A stretch of DNA of 64,000 nt from Candidatus Krumholzibacteriota bacterium (GCA_963806035.1 CAWDWO010000016.1:1-64000); one strand, 5' to 3'; numbered from the stretch's first letter, positions 1 to 10,124 are shown. The notes: generated by a model from the sequence alone, not told the origin. Translations and numbers: made by a program.

Positions 1-131
1 GCTGCAACAGATTGGAGCTTTTCCCATTCCCGGCAAGACGGGCTGACCCCCGCCCTGGTGGTCTATGGAATCGATGCGGTCTATCTATACTGGGCCAACC
101 AGAAAGTCTACCTGGTACCCCCCAGATCGCG

Positions 132-641
132 ATGAGAATGAAAATCCGTCAACTAACTCCCGCAGATACCACGCTCTACATCGAACACCGTCGCCAGGCT
201 TTGCAAACGGAACCGCTCGCGTTCCTTTCCTCGCCGCAGGACGATCTCACCGTAGATGCCGACGCCTTCCGTGAGAGACTCGGACGAGCGCCACTCTCGG
301 TCATCTTCGGCGCTTTCGAGGATGAGCTGGTGGGATCGGTTGGAATTTATCGCGAGCCGAAGTTGAAGGCGGCGCACAAAGCGCACATTTGGGGGATGTA
401 CGTCGCGCCAAAGTACCGTCGACGCGGGATCGGTCGCGGACTTCTGCTGGAGGCTGTCCAACACGCCCGCAGCTTGCCCGACGTGATCCAAGTCCAGTTA
501 GGTGTGTCCGAGGTGGCGGTAGGGGCGCGCAAGCTCTACGAAAGTATGGGCTTCCGCCCGTGGGGGGAAGAGCCCCGCTACCTTCAGCACGAAGGTCGAT
601 ATGTCAGCTGCCAGTATCTTGTCCTTCGATTGGATGCCTAG
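132..641 (+). CDS. GNAT family N-acetyltransferase
   Basis: Acetyl-CoA motif A (GMYVAPKYRRRGIGRGLL) and ARKLYESMGF. Start trimmed to ATG 132 (ATG 138 is an alternative). Confidence 0.9.
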   Translation: MRMKIRQLTPADTTLYIEHRRQALQTEPLAFLSSPQDDLTVDADAFRERLGRAPLSVIFGAFEDELVGSVGIYREPKLKAAHKAHIWGMYVAPKYRRRGIGRGLLLEAVQHARSLPDVIQVQLGVSEVAVGARKLYESMGFRPWGEEPRYLQHEGRYVSCQYLVLRLDA

Positions 642-726
642 TCGAACGCCTACGCATCCACGGCGATGAATGACGTTCTGACTTCGCTCTGCTTGAGCGA
701 TTCGCGAACCGGAGAGGAGAATTCAC

Positions 727-1464
727 ATGGATGAGATTCATCTGAGTCGGAGAATGCTTCTTGCCCGCGGTGGAATGGTGCTCGCAGCCTCTGTGCTCAG
801 TCGTCCCGCTTGGGCTCAGGAGGAGGACGAAGTCCCCGAAGAGGGGATTTCACCACCCGAAGATTTGATGCGCGAGCACGGGGTTCTGAACCGAATCCTG
901 TTGATCTACGAAGAGGCGCTGCACCGCCTGGAGGCCAAGGATTCTCTGCCCCATGAGCCGCTATTGGCCGCAGCCCGCCTCGTGCGTGAATTCGTGGAGG
1001 ACTATCACGAAAGGCTGGAGGAGGAGCACGTCTTTCCGCGCTTTCGCAAGGCGAAGAAGCTCGTCCGTCTGGTCGACGTTCTCCTGGAACAGCATCGTGC
1101 GGGACGCGGCTTGACGGACGTGACCATTCGCCTGGCCAACGCTAAGACCCTGCAGAATCAGGACGATCGTCGCGAGCTCGCGGATACTCTACGCCAGTTC
1201 GTACGCATGTACCGGCCACACGAAGCTCGTGAGGATACGGTGCTGTTTCCAGCGTTTCGGAGCGTGGTCAGTGAGGAGGAGTTCCACGAGCTCGGCGAAC
1301 AGTTCGAACGGAAAGAAGATGAGCTCTTCGGCTCGGGAGGATTTTTCAAAGTGGTCGATCGCGTTGCGGAAATCGAGCGCGAATTCGGCATTCACGAACT
1401 CTCCAAGTTCACCCCGACCTTCGTTCCGCGCGGTAAGCCCGCGCCGAAGAAACACGGCAATTAG
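727..1464 (+). CDS. Hemerythrin (HHE) domain protein with Tat signal peptide
   Basis: Twin-arginine SRRMLL, h-region and AWA cleavage site; metal-ligand motifs LMREH, YHERLEEEHVFP, LLEQH, HEAREDTVLFP; GGAG RBS. Confidence 0.85.
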   Translation: MDEIHLSRRMLLARGGMVLAASVLSRPAWAQEEDEVPEEGISPPEDLMREHGVLNRILLIYEEALHRLEAKDSLPHEPLLAAARLVREFVEDYHERLEEEHVFPRFRKAKKLVRLVDVLLEQHRAGRGLTDVTIRLANAKTLQNQDDRRELADTLRQFVRMYRPHEAREDTVLFPAFRSVVSEEEFHELGEQFERKEDELFGSGGFFKVVDRVAEIEREFGIHELSKFTPTFVPRGKPAPKKHGN

Positions 1465-1485
1465 TTGGCTCGAAGGACGGACGCC

Positions 1486-2421
1486 ATGGCCCAAAGCTTC
1501 GACATTCTCGGCTCGATCGGCAAAACCCCTCTGGTGGAACTGCACAAGATCGTCCCTCAGGGATCCGCCCGCGTCCTGCTGAAACTCGAGAGCCAGAACC
1601 CCACCGGCAGCATGAAGGACCGTATGGCGCGCGCCGTCATCGAGGGAGCGGTCTCTCGCGGGGAGTTGCCCCGGGGAGGGAGGGTCGTCGAGTATACCGG
1701 GGGCAGCACGGGAACCTCGCTCGCCTTCGTCTGCGCGGCCATGGGTTACCCGATCACCTTGGTCAGCTCAGACGCCTTCAGCCGCGAGAAGCGCGATCAC
1801 ATGCGGGCTCTGGGTGCGGAGGTCATCGAAATAGCCAGCGAGGGGGGACATACCACGAAGGAACTCATCCAGCGCATGATCGCCAAGGCAGGCGAGATGG
1901 CCGAGGAGCCCAACACTTTCGCGGCGGACCAATTCAACAATCCCGATGCCGCCGCTGGCTACGCACCGATGGCCGAGGAGATCTGGCAGCAATCGGGCCG
2001 GAACGTGGATGCTTTCGTGCAATCGGTTGGAACCGCGCAGTGCATTACAGGAGCGGCTCGCGTCCTGCGCGCGAAGAATCCGAAGATCATCATCGTGGCG
2101 GTCGAGCCGGCTGAGTCGCCGGTTCTCTCCGGTGGGTCATCCGGCCCCCACGAGATCGAGGGAGTGGGACCGGGATTCGTGCCGCCTCTGTGGGAGCCGG
2201 AACTCGCGAACGAGATCGCACAGGTCTCCAGCAACGAAGCCCAGGAGATGGCTCGGCGGCTCGCCAAAGAGGAGGCTGTTTTCGCGGGAACCTCAACCGG
2301 TGCTAACCTCGTAGTGGCATTGAGCCTGGCCGCCGTCCTCGGCTCGGGGCACACGGTGGCAACTCTCGCATGTGATAGCGGGCTAAAGTATCTTTCGACG
2401 GCGCTCTACGCGGCCTGCTGA
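1486..2421 (+). CDS. cysK: Cysteine synthase family PLP enzyme
   Basis: IGKTPLV, KLESQNPTGSMKDR (PLP lysine), EYTGGSTG, HEIEGVG, DSGLKYLS. Confidence 0.85.
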   Translation: MAQSFDILGSIGKTPLVELHKIVPQGSARVLLKLESQNPTGSMKDRMARAVIEGAVSRGELPRGGRVVEYTGGSTGTSLAFVCAAMGYPITLVSSDAFSREKRDHMRALGAEVIEIASEGGHTTKELIQRMIAKAGEMAEEPNTFAADQFNNPDAAAGYAPMAEEIWQQSGRNVDAFVQSVGTAQCITGAARVLRAKNPKIIIVAVEPAESPVLSGGSSGPHEIEGVGPGFVPPLWEPELANEIAQVSSNEAQEMARRLAKEEAVFAGTSTGANLVVALSLAAVLGSGHTVATLACDSGLKYLSTALYAAC

Positions 2422-2490
2422 GCTTCCCCCATTCGGCCGTGTAGAGTTAATGCCCCGCGCCATTTCTTGATCTTGATGGAAGGGGGAAGG

Positions 2491-3543
2491 GTGAATTCCA
2501 TCCGCATTTTCATTGGTACTTTGATTCTTCTGCTGAGCGCTGTCGCCGCTCAGGCTCAGAGCACGCCGCCGCCCAATGTGGCGATCTTTCTCTTCGACAA
2601 CGTCCAGACGATCGACTACGCGGCTCCTCTGGAAGTCTTTGGAACGGGCCGTCTCTTCAATACCTATACCGTGGGACAAAACTCGGGCCCGATCACCACC
2701 ATTCATGGCACCAAGGTCATCCCAGACTATACCTTCGAGACCATGCCGAAGCCGGACATCCTGGTGATCCCTGGTGGCGGCAAGCGCTATCCCGACAACA
2801 AAGGTCCCTTTGCCCGCGGTCTTCCCTATGCGCAGGATCCGGCCATCACCGATTGGATTCGCCGCACGGCAAAGGAAAGTCAGATCGTGATGTCGGTCTG
2901 TAATGGCGCGTTTGGACTGGCGGAGGCCGGCTTGCTCGATGGTCTGGAGGCCACGACGACAGCTCCCCTGATTCCAATGCTGCAGAAGAGTCTCCCCAAT
3001 ACCAAAGTACGACACGACGAGCGTTTCGTGGACAACGGGCACATCATCACCTCGGCCGGACTGACCGCGGGAATGGATGCCTCATTGCACGTCATCGAGC
3101 GAATCTACGGACGGGGCGTGGCGGAGACGCGGGCCTTGGGATTGGAGTACAACTGGGATCCGCTAGGCACGTGGACCCGTGCCGATCTGGCGGATCAGTA
3201 CATGAAATTCGATTTCCAGGGCTTCGACTCCGACAGCTGGACTTCCATCGAGCGGACGGGGAACGAGAATCACTGGGTGAACCGCTGGACCGTCGAAATG
3301 CCGCAGTCCGCCAGCGAGGTCCTGGCGATCATGGACAATACATTGGAGACGAATCGCACCTACCAGAAGATGCCGGTGACTTGGAAACGCGCGGGAAAGG
3401 TGCAGAGCAACGAAAGCAAGAGCTACTGGCAGTTCACGGATGAAGACGGAGCGCAGTGGCTCGGAATTGCCAGTGTGACGCCGCTCGAGCAGAAGCAAGG
3501 CAAGACCAAGTACGAACTGAAGCTCACCATCACCAAGCAGTAG
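2491..3543 (+). CDS. DJ-1/PfpI family protein with signal peptide and C-terminal extension
   Basis: GTG start, AQA signal peptide, DILVIPGG, SVCNGA (nucleophile Cys), ITSAGLTAGMD. Confidence 0.85.
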   Translation: MNSIRIFIGTLILLLSAVAAQAQSTPPPNVAIFLFDNVQTIDYAAPLEVFGTGRLFNTYTVGQNSGPITTIHGTKVIPDYTFETMPKPDILVIPGGGKRYPDNKGPFARGLPYAQDPAITDWIRRTAKESQIVMSVCNGAFGLAEAGLLDGLEATTTAPLIPMLQKSLPNTKVRHDERFVDNGHIITSAGLTAGMDASLHVIERIYGRGVAETRALGLEYNWDPLGTWTRADLADQYMKFDFQGFDSDSWTSIERTGNENHWVNRWTVEMPQSASEVLAIMDNTLETNRTYQKMPVTWKRAGKVQSNESKSYWQFTDEDGAQWLGIASVTPLEQKQGKTKYELKLTITKQ

Positions 3544-3581
3544 AGCATGTCGACTCGCAGCGATAAGGGGAAGAATCCACC

Positions 3582-3974
3582 ATGTCCGAAGGCAAGCAGA
3601 GCATTCGCAGCGTGAAAGCGAACGAGCGTACCATTCTACCCGGTCCCGAGGATGCTCCCTTCGTTCGGGAAGAAATGTTCGGCAATGGGCACGTATGGAT
3701 GGGAATCGTTACCCTCGAGCCAGGATGCGCATCGCCCTGGCACCATCACGGCAAGCACGAGACCTACGCCTACATGCTCGAGGGTGAGGCGATCGTCGAA
3801 CACGGGTCCGGTGGCCGCCAGCGGCTGAAGGCTACCGCGGACGGCTCGCTGCACATCATTCCTCCCGGGACGCCCCATCGAGAGCTCAATCCCGGGAGCG
3901 AGCGCAATCGTCTGCTCGTGGTGCGGGTGGGTGAGGGGCCGCCGGTCTTCCCGCTGGAAGGTCCCCCGGCCTGA
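3582..3974 (+). CDS. Cupin domain protein
   Basis: Cupin motifs WHHHGKHETYAYMLEG and IPPGTPHRELN. Confidence 0.85.
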   Translation: MSEGKQSIRSVKANERTILPGPEDAPFVREEMFGNGHVWMGIVTLEPGCASPWHHHGKHETYAYMLEGEAIVEHGSGGRQRLKATADGSLHIIPPGTPHRELNPGSERNRLLVVRVGEGPPVFPLEGPPA

Positions 3975-4063
3975 GGCGAAGGCATCATCGTTGCCGCCAG
4001 GAGTGCTGCGTGCCATACTCGCGCCAGGTTCGAGTCGGAACTCCTTTCCCAGGAGGAAATTCA

Positions 4064-4288
4064 ATGACCAAGAACATGGGTTCCGCCGATCGTATCATTC
4101 GTCTGCTCATCGCACTCGTCGCAGCTCTACTCTATTTCACGGGAACGGTCGAAGGTACTCTGGGGATCATTCTCTTGATCGTGGCGGCGGTGTTTCTCGT
4201 GACCAGCTTCATGGGCTCCTGTCCCGGATATCTACCTTTGGGAATCTCGACGAGGGGAAAGCCGAAGGCGCCCTCGTCACAGGCTTGA
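4064..4288 (+). CDS. DUF2892 (YgaP-like) small membrane protein
   Basis: MTKNMGSADRIIR, two TM helices, CPGYLPLGIST; AGGAGG RBS. Confidence 0.85.
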   Translation: MTKNMGSADRIIRLLIALVAALLYFTGTVEGTLGIILLIVAAVFLVTSFMGSCPGYLPLGISTRGKPKAPSSQA

Positions 4289-4322
4289 TTCTCGTCAAAG
4301 ACAGAAAGTCGAGGTGGTGAGC

Positions 4323-4755
4323 ATGAGGCGGTGCTTCATGGTCTTTGCCGTCGCGGTGTTCGCTTGCTTGGGATGTGTCAAAAGAGAATTCGACCACTCT
4401 CCAGTTTCGCATCGCCGAAGAGAATCCGGGGCCCGGTCTGACGAAGTTCGTCGCCGAGCCTTCGGGTACCCCGCTCTATCTGCATGAGCCTTTCGTGAGC
4501 GAAGCCGACGTCGATTCCACCGCGGTTGTCACCCTGGAAGGACAGACCGGAATCGCAGTGCTACTCACCCCTGAGGGGGCTCAGAAATTAGAGCAGGTCA
4601 CCGAGCAGAATGTGGGCAAGCGCTGCGCAATCGTGTTGAACGGAAAGCTCGTGTCTTCCCCGCGCATCCTCGACCCCATCCGTGGGGGGCGCGCCGTGAT
4701 CACGGCGGACTTCACCGAATCCCAAGCCCAGGACATTGCACGACAACTGAGATGA
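4323..4755 (+). CDS. SecDF P1 head-subdomain-like lipoprotein, apparently frameshifted near 4377
   Basis: LTPEGAQKLEQVTEQNVGKRCAIVLNGKLVSSPRILDPIRGG is SecD P1-head-like. The lipoprotein signal MRRCFMVFAVAVFACLGC starts at ATG 4323 one base out of frame. Confidence 0.7.
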
Positions 4756-4884
4756 GACGGCGCGGTGCGCCTTCGATCGTGAAGGCTCGCGCTAAATCGT
4801 GACGATCTTGCCGGGAATGCGGCCGGGAACGGATTCCCTTAGATTCTCTGCATCCCCAAAAATCCAGGTGTCGAGGAGGATCCC

Positions 4885-5844
4885 ATGGCCGCATCCAAGA
4901 TCATCGCTGTCGTCGGAGCCACCGGAGCCCAGGGCGGCGGCCTCGTTCAAGCCATCCTGAGCGACTCGGAAAGCCCCTTTTCCGTGCGGGCAATCACCCG
5001 CAAACCCAGCTCAGATAAAGCCAAGAAACTAGCCCAGCAGGGCGCGGAAGTCGTTCAAGCGGATCTCGACGATCTCGAGAGTCTGAAGAAGGCCTTCGCC
5101 GGCTGCTATGGCGCGTTTTGTGTCACCAATTTCTGGGAACACTTTTCCGCCGACAAGGAAAAGGAACAGGCCAAGAATCTGGCCAAAGCCGCCAAGGCTG
5201 CGGGACTGCAGCACGTAATCTGGTCCACCTTGGAGGACACCCGCGAATTGCTGCCGATCAGCGACGACCGCATGCCTGTCCTGCAGGACAAGTACAACGT
5301 GCCCCATCTCGACGCCAAGGGCGAAGCCAACCAGTACTTCAAGGACGAGGGCGTACCGACGACCTTCTTGCGGACCTCATTTTTCTGGGAGAATTTCATC
5401 AGCTTCGGCTCCGGTCCCCAGCCCGGCCCGGATGGCGTACTCGCTCTGACCATGCCGATGGGGGATGCGAAGTTACCTGGCATCGCGGTTGGAGACATCG
5501 GCAAGGCCGCCTATGGCATTTTTCGAGAGGGCCCTTCGTACGCAGGAAAGACGGTCGGGATCGCGGGGGAGCACTTGACGGGCAAGCAGATGGCGGATGC
5601 CTTCACCGAGGTCTTGGGCCAAGAGGTGCGTTACAACGCGGTGCCCGCCGATGTCTACCGAGGATTCGGATTTCCCGGGGCGGATGAGTTGGGCAACATG
5701 TTCCAGTTCAAGCGTGACTTCAACGAAGAGTATTGCGGAGCGCGCAAGTTGGAGACCGGGCGAAGCCTCAACCCCGAGATGCAGAAGCTGAGGGACTGGC
5801 TGTCTCAGCACAAGGACCAGATTCCCTTGGAGTCCGCGAGCTGA
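4885..5844 (+). CDS. NmrA/HSCARG family NAD(P)-binding protein
   Basis: VVGATGAQGG, VRAITRKP, AFCVTNFWE, VPHLDAKG; GAGGAG RBS. Confidence 0.9.
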   Translation: MAASKIIAVVGATGAQGGGLVQAILSDSESPFSVRAITRKPSSDKAKKLAQQGAEVVQADLDDLESLKKAFAGCYGAFCVTNFWEHFSADKEKEQAKNLAKAAKAAGLQHVIWSTLEDTRELLPISDDRMPVLQDKYNVPHLDAKGEANQYFKDEGVPTTFLRTSFFWENFISFGSGPQPGPDGVLALTMPMGDAKLPGIAVGDIGKAAYGIFREGPSYAGKTVGIAGEHLTGKQMADAFTEVLGQEVRYNAVPADVYRGFGFPGADELGNMFQFKRDFNEEYCGARKLETGRSLNPEMQKLRDWLSQHKDQIPLESAS

Positions 5845-5978
5845 GCACCAAAGCCTAGTATTTCGCGCCTGGCCCGAGTCGGTTGACGAAGCGCTCTGCG
5901 CCGGCTGAATCAGCTCATCGACCATTCGATGAGAGGCGAGGGAATTCCTCGGTACCTCATGAGGAAGAAGTAGAGAGA

Positions 5979-6899
5979 ATGCATACGATCCTCGGCGCCA
6001 ATGGTGTCATCGCACGGGGGCTCTCTCGGGAGTTGGGCGACAGGGGGATGAAGATCCGGCAGGTCAGCCGGCACCCAGCCAAGGTGAACTCAGACGATGA
6101 AACGCTGGCCGCCGATCTCCTCGATGCGGAGGCGACGGCCCGTGCCGTGGAGGGTAGCGAGGTCGCCTATCTGGTGGCAGGCCTGCCTTACAGCACAGCG
6201 GTGTGGCGCGAACAGTGGCCCAAGCTGATGCGCAACGTCATCGATGCCTGTAAACGGCACGGAACACGTTTGGTATTCTTCGACAACGTCTACGCCTATG
6301 GCCGAGTCGACGGCGCGATGAGCGAGGAGACTCCTTTCAATCCCTGCAGCAAGAAGGGAGAGGTACGCGCGCAAATTGCTACCACGCTGCTGGAGGAGAT
6401 GGGGAGGGGCAACGTGGAGGCAATGATCGTGCGCGCGGCCGACTTCTACGGCCCGGGCGCACTCTTGAGTCTGACCCATTCGACAGTCTTTCAGAAACTG
6501 CGGGCGGGCAAGACCCCGCAGTGGATTGGAGATCCGAAGACGGTTCATACCTTCAGCTATACTCCGGATGCCTGCCATGCCGTCGCTGTGTTGGCGCAGT
6601 CCCCTGAAGCCTATGGCCAGACCTGGCATGCCACCACCAGCAAGGAGGAGTTGAGGGGGGAGGACTTCATTCGCCTGGCGTGCACGCAGGCCGGTCGACC
6701 CTTCAAGATGCAAGTGGCGGGGCGCTGGCTCTTGAAAGTGATGGGTATCTTCATTGCGGTGCTGCGAGAAAACGACGAGATGATGTACCAGTTCGAGTAC
6801 GACTACCGATTCGACAGCTCCAAGATCGAAGCGGCTCATGGCTTGCTTGCCACTCCCTATGCCGAAGGCATCAAGGCCTCACTACAAGCTGTCTCGTGA
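5979..6899 (+). CDS. NAD-dependent epimerase/dehydratase family protein
   Basis: ILGANGVIA, FFDNVYAYG, SKKGEVR, RAADFYGP. Confidence 0.85.
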   Translation: MHTILGANGVIARGLSRELGDRGMKIRQVSRHPAKVNSDDETLAADLLDAEATARAVEGSEVAYLVAGLPYSTAVWREQWPKLMRNVIDACKRHGTRLVFFDNVYAYGRVDGAMSEETPFNPCSKKGEVRAQIATTLLEEMGRGNVEAMIVRAADFYGPGALLSLTHSTVFQKLRAGKTPQWIGDPKTVHTFSYTPDACHAVAVLAQSPEAYGQTWHATTSKEELRGEDFIRLACTQAGRPFKMQVAGRWLLKVMGIFIAVLRENDEMMYQFEYDYRFDSSKIEAAHGLLATPYAEGIKASLQAVS

Positions 6900-7474
6900 A
6901 GCGATCGATACTGGCCAGAATGCTCGCGCCCTATCTCGCGGTGTTGGTGTTCTGGATCGGCCTGTCCAACGCCTGGCTCACCATCCTGGCCTACCACGCC
7001 CAAATCCTGCTGTGGTCCCGCAGGGGAGACGGCTTCAGCTGGAAGCCCGTGCACAAGGAACAAATCCTGCTTGCCTTCCCAACCTTACTGACCGGTCCGT
7101 TGACCTATTTCATTCTGCCATTCTTCTTGAAGCCGAGTCTGTCCGAGTGGCTCTCGGCGTATCATCTCTCGGGGACGGCATTTCTGCTCATGATCCCCTA
7201 CTACGGGATCGTGCATCCCATTCTGGAGCAGATGCACTGGGAACCGCTACGCCGCGCCACTTCTTGGGCGCATCCGGCGTTCGCCGCCTATCACATGCTG
7301 GTTCTTTTAACTCTACTCAAGGCGCCCTGGCTGTTGTTCTGTTTTGCGATCCTGACGGCAAGCTCATTTCTGTGGCGCGAGATGGCACGCCAAAGTGAGA
7401 GTCTCACCGTACCCGTCGTTTCGCACATCCTGGCCGACTTTGGAATGATACTCGCGGCCTGGTTCCTGCGTTGA
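6896..7474 (+). CDS. Multi-pass membrane protein, possibly CPBP/Abi (CAAX protease-like)
   Basis: GTGA overlap with the upstream stop; several hydrophobic helices; degenerate motifs LEQMHW, FAAYH, SHILAD. Confidence 0.55.
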   Translation: MKRSILARMLAPYLAVLVFWIGLSNAWLTILAYHAQILLWSRRGDGFSWKPVHKEQILLAFPTLLTGPLTYFILPFFLKPSLSEWLSAYHLSGTAFLLMIPYYGIVHPILEQMHWEPLRRATSWAHPAFAAYHMLVLLTLLKAPWLLFCFAILTASSFLWREMARQSESLTVPVVSHILADFGMILAAWFLR

Positions 7475-7595
7475 GCGTCCGGCTTGATAATCCCTTGGGA
7501 TCCATGAATGCGCAGTCCATATTGGATGCCAGATTACATTTGCCAGGTGCCATTCTGGCATTGAAGTACTGAGAATCCGACAGATTGGACTGCAC

Positions 7596-8627
7596 ATGCC
7601 GACGCTGAGACTCCGCCTCGCTTTGCTTTGTCTCCTCCTGAGTATCGCAACTTCCGCCACCGCCCAGGATGTCTTCCAGAAGATCAGGTCGAGTTACACC
7701 GCCTTTGACATCTTCCGGGCCAGTCGTCTCGACATGATGGGGGGAGGCGATCTGGCCGATCCTGGTCCCGCCACGGTACTGGTCAATCCCGCGCCCCTGA
7801 TCGAGAAAGACAGCGTGAGTGTCAGTTATGATCATGCCGACTACTTCCTGAACATTTCATTCAATACCTACGCGGCTGCCGTATCCCGTAAGAACTGGGT
7901 AGCAGACCTTGCGGTGCAAGAGGTGGTTCATCATCCGGAGGTCGCTCGGACCGCGTTCCAGCCCGGAGGCACGGGACGAGTCTTTCAGGGAAGCGAGTGG
8001 ATGGCCGTGGTGGGCCTGAGCTACGACCTGGCGTCTCTGCTCATGCCCGAGAGGAGTCTGCGTTGGTCGGTGGGGGGCAGCTGGCACAACTACTGGAGCA
8101 CCCAGACCTACGATTGGGGTACGGAGAACACCTTCGATCTGGGGATGTCGGCCAGTCAGCGCACGGAGTATGCGGGCGGGTGGACAGTTCTTTCGGGAAG
8201 CTTCTGTTGGCAGAACGTCTTCGATAACATCTTTCGCATCGACGGCGATGAGGTTCGCTTGGATCGAGCACTGCGGGCCGGGCTGACGGTCACGTCCGCC
8301 GTAGCCCGCGAGGGTCACGAGCTTGCACCGCTGGCCTTCACCCTGGCCTACAGCCGTGATTTCGGCCTGGGAAAGTACCCTTCGACGGATTCCGACCACA
8401 TGGGTGCGGAGGCCCTCCTCTTCCACCTACTCGCCCTGCGCTATGGATACAGTTCTCTCTTCGGTGGTGGAAGGGACAGCTGGGGCATGGGGATTCTGCT
8501 CGACGATCGTCTTTTCAAATCGACCCCGGTAGAACTGGAGCTGAACCTAGGCCGCACTTCCTTCGACAACGAGATCTTCGCGGGAACCAAGACAATCTTT
8601 GGCGTGCGCGCGCAGTATCATTTTTGA
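7596..8627 (+). CDS. Outer-membrane beta-barrel protein, PorV/PorQ (FadL-like) family
   Basis: Signal peptide ending ATA, VNPA motif, alternating beta-strands, C-terminal VRAQYHF beta-signal. Confidence 0.6.
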   Translation: MPTLRLRLALLCLLLSIATSATAQDVFQKIRSSYTAFDIFRASRLDMMGGGDLADPGPATVLVNPAPLIEKDSVSVSYDHADYFLNISFNTYAAAVSRKNWVADLAVQEVVHHPEVARTAFQPGGTGRVFQGSEWMAVVGLSYDLASLLMPERSLRWSVGGSWHNYWSTQTYDWGTENTFDLGMSASQRTEYAGGWTVLSGSFCWQNVFDNIFRIDGDEVRLDRALRAGLTVTSAVAREGHELAPLAFTLAYSRDFGLGKYPSTDSDHMGAEALLFHLLALRYGYSSLFGGGRDSWGMGILLDDRLFKSTPVELELNLGRTSFDNEIFAGTKTIFGVRAQYHF

Positions 8628-8752
8628 ACGAAGAGTCCAACTGACGACACAACGACGGAGAGCCTGCTCCAGGGGCGGGGCTTGCGAATCTACCAGAACA
8701 GGCCCTAGTTGAAGGTACCCATATCCGCTGGTTCATCGCGAGAGGAGTATTC

Positions 8753-9352
8753 GTGTCAGCACAGCTTGACGATCAGGCCCTGGACATCATTCTGCGCAAG
8801 GCTCGCACCTACCGGAAGTGGATCGACCGGCCGGTGAGCGATGATCTACTCAAGCAGCTCTACGAACTGGCAAAGTGGGGACCCACCTCCTCGAACATAT
8901 GCCCCATGCGCCTGGTATTCGTGAAGTCGAAGGAAGCGAAGGAGCGTCTGAAGCCCAGCTTGTCCTCGGGCAACGTGGAACAGACGATGACGGCACCAGT
9001 GTGTGTGATCGTCGCGCAGGACAGCCGCTTTTACGAGTTGATGCCCAAGCTCTCCCCCCACAATCCCAAGATCGGGGAGCACTTCGCCAAGCCAGAGAAC
9101 GCAGAGTCTACCCGGGTACACGCCTTCCGCAATTCGTTGCTGCAAGGGGCTTATCTCATTCTCACCGCCCGGGCCCTGGGGCTCGACGCCGGTCCCATGT
9201 CGGGCTTCGACAACGACAAGCTCGATGCGGAGTTCTTTCCCGATGGTCGCTACAAATCAAATTTTCTGCTGAATCTGGGCTACGGTGATCCGTCCAAACT
9301 TCATCCGCGCGCTCCACGGCCCGATTTCGACGAAGCCTGCAAGATTCTCTGA
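8753..9352 (+). CDS. rutE: Nitroreductase family, malonic semialdehyde reductase-like
   Basis: ARTY, WGPTSSN.CPMR, LQGAYLILTARALGLDAGPMSGFD, NFLLNLGYGD, PR.PR..FDEAC. Confidence 0.85.
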   Translation: MSAQLDDQALDIILRKARTYRKWIDRPVSDDLLKQLYELAKWGPTSSNICPMRLVFVKSKEAKERLKPSLSSGNVEQTMTAPVCVIVAQDSRFYELMPKLSPHNPKIGEHFAKPENAESTRVHAFRNSLLQGAYLILTARALGLDAGPMSGFDNDKLDAEFFPDGRYKSNFLLNLGYGDPSKLHPRAPRPDFDEACKIL

Positions 9353-9551
9353 ACTTGGGGTGGGGCGGTGAAGCTCCCGATTCGCGCAATGCTCGGTGCT
9401 CTTCGTGGGATGGTGGCCGATAATCAGCTTGGGTAATCTGCTACTTTTGCGAACGGTTCTAACCATGCCGGTGGGGTTCTCGCGCCTCGCATTGTGACTT
9501 TTGCCATCTTCCTTTAGCCTGCGTGAACCACCCGGCAGGAGTCGAGGCAGA

Positions 9552-10124
9552 ATGGGAAAGAACAGACTGGAAGCGCTCAGTGACGGCATGGTCGCCATCA
9601 TCATCACCATCATGGTGCTCGAGATGAAGGTCCCTCACGGGGCAAGCATCGACGCATTGCGTCCCATGATCCCGGTGTTTCTGAGCTATGTATTGAGCTT
9701 CGTCTACCTCGGCATCTACTGGAACAATCACCATCACATGATCCATACTTGCAAGAGGGTCACCGCGCCGATTTTGTGGGCCAATCTTCACCTGCTATTT
9801 TGGCTATCTCTGGTGCCCTTTAGCACGGGTTGGATGGGTGAGAACCACTTCCAGGCGGTGCCGGCGAGCCTCTACGGCGGTATTTTGCTGATGGCAGCGA
9901 TTTCCTACTTCCTCCTGCAACAGGCCATCATCGCATCACAAGGGGAAGACTCCTTGCTCAGGCGGGCCATTGGCAACGACTGGAAGGGGAAGGCCTCGCC
10001 CATACTGTATGCGGTGGCCATCCCCGTGGCGATGTGGCGTCCGTGGCTGGCGATGAGCATCTACACCCTGGTCGCCCTGATATGGCTCATTCCTGACCGC
10101 AGAATCGAGCGCGTTCTGAGCTGA
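9552..10124 (+). CDS. TMEM175 family potassium channel
   Basis: RLEALSDG..AIIITIMVLE, YVLSFVYLGIYWNNHHH, PDRRIER. Confidence 0.9.
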   Translation: MGKNRLEALSDGMVAIIITIMVLEMKVPHGASIDALRPMIPVFLSYVLSFVYLGIYWNNHHHMIHTCKRVTAPILWANLHLLFWLSLVPFSTGWMGENHFQAVPASLYGGILLMAAISYFLLQQAIIASQGEDSLLRRAIGNDWKGKASPILYAVAIPVAMWRPWLAMSIYTLVALIWLIPDRRIERVLS

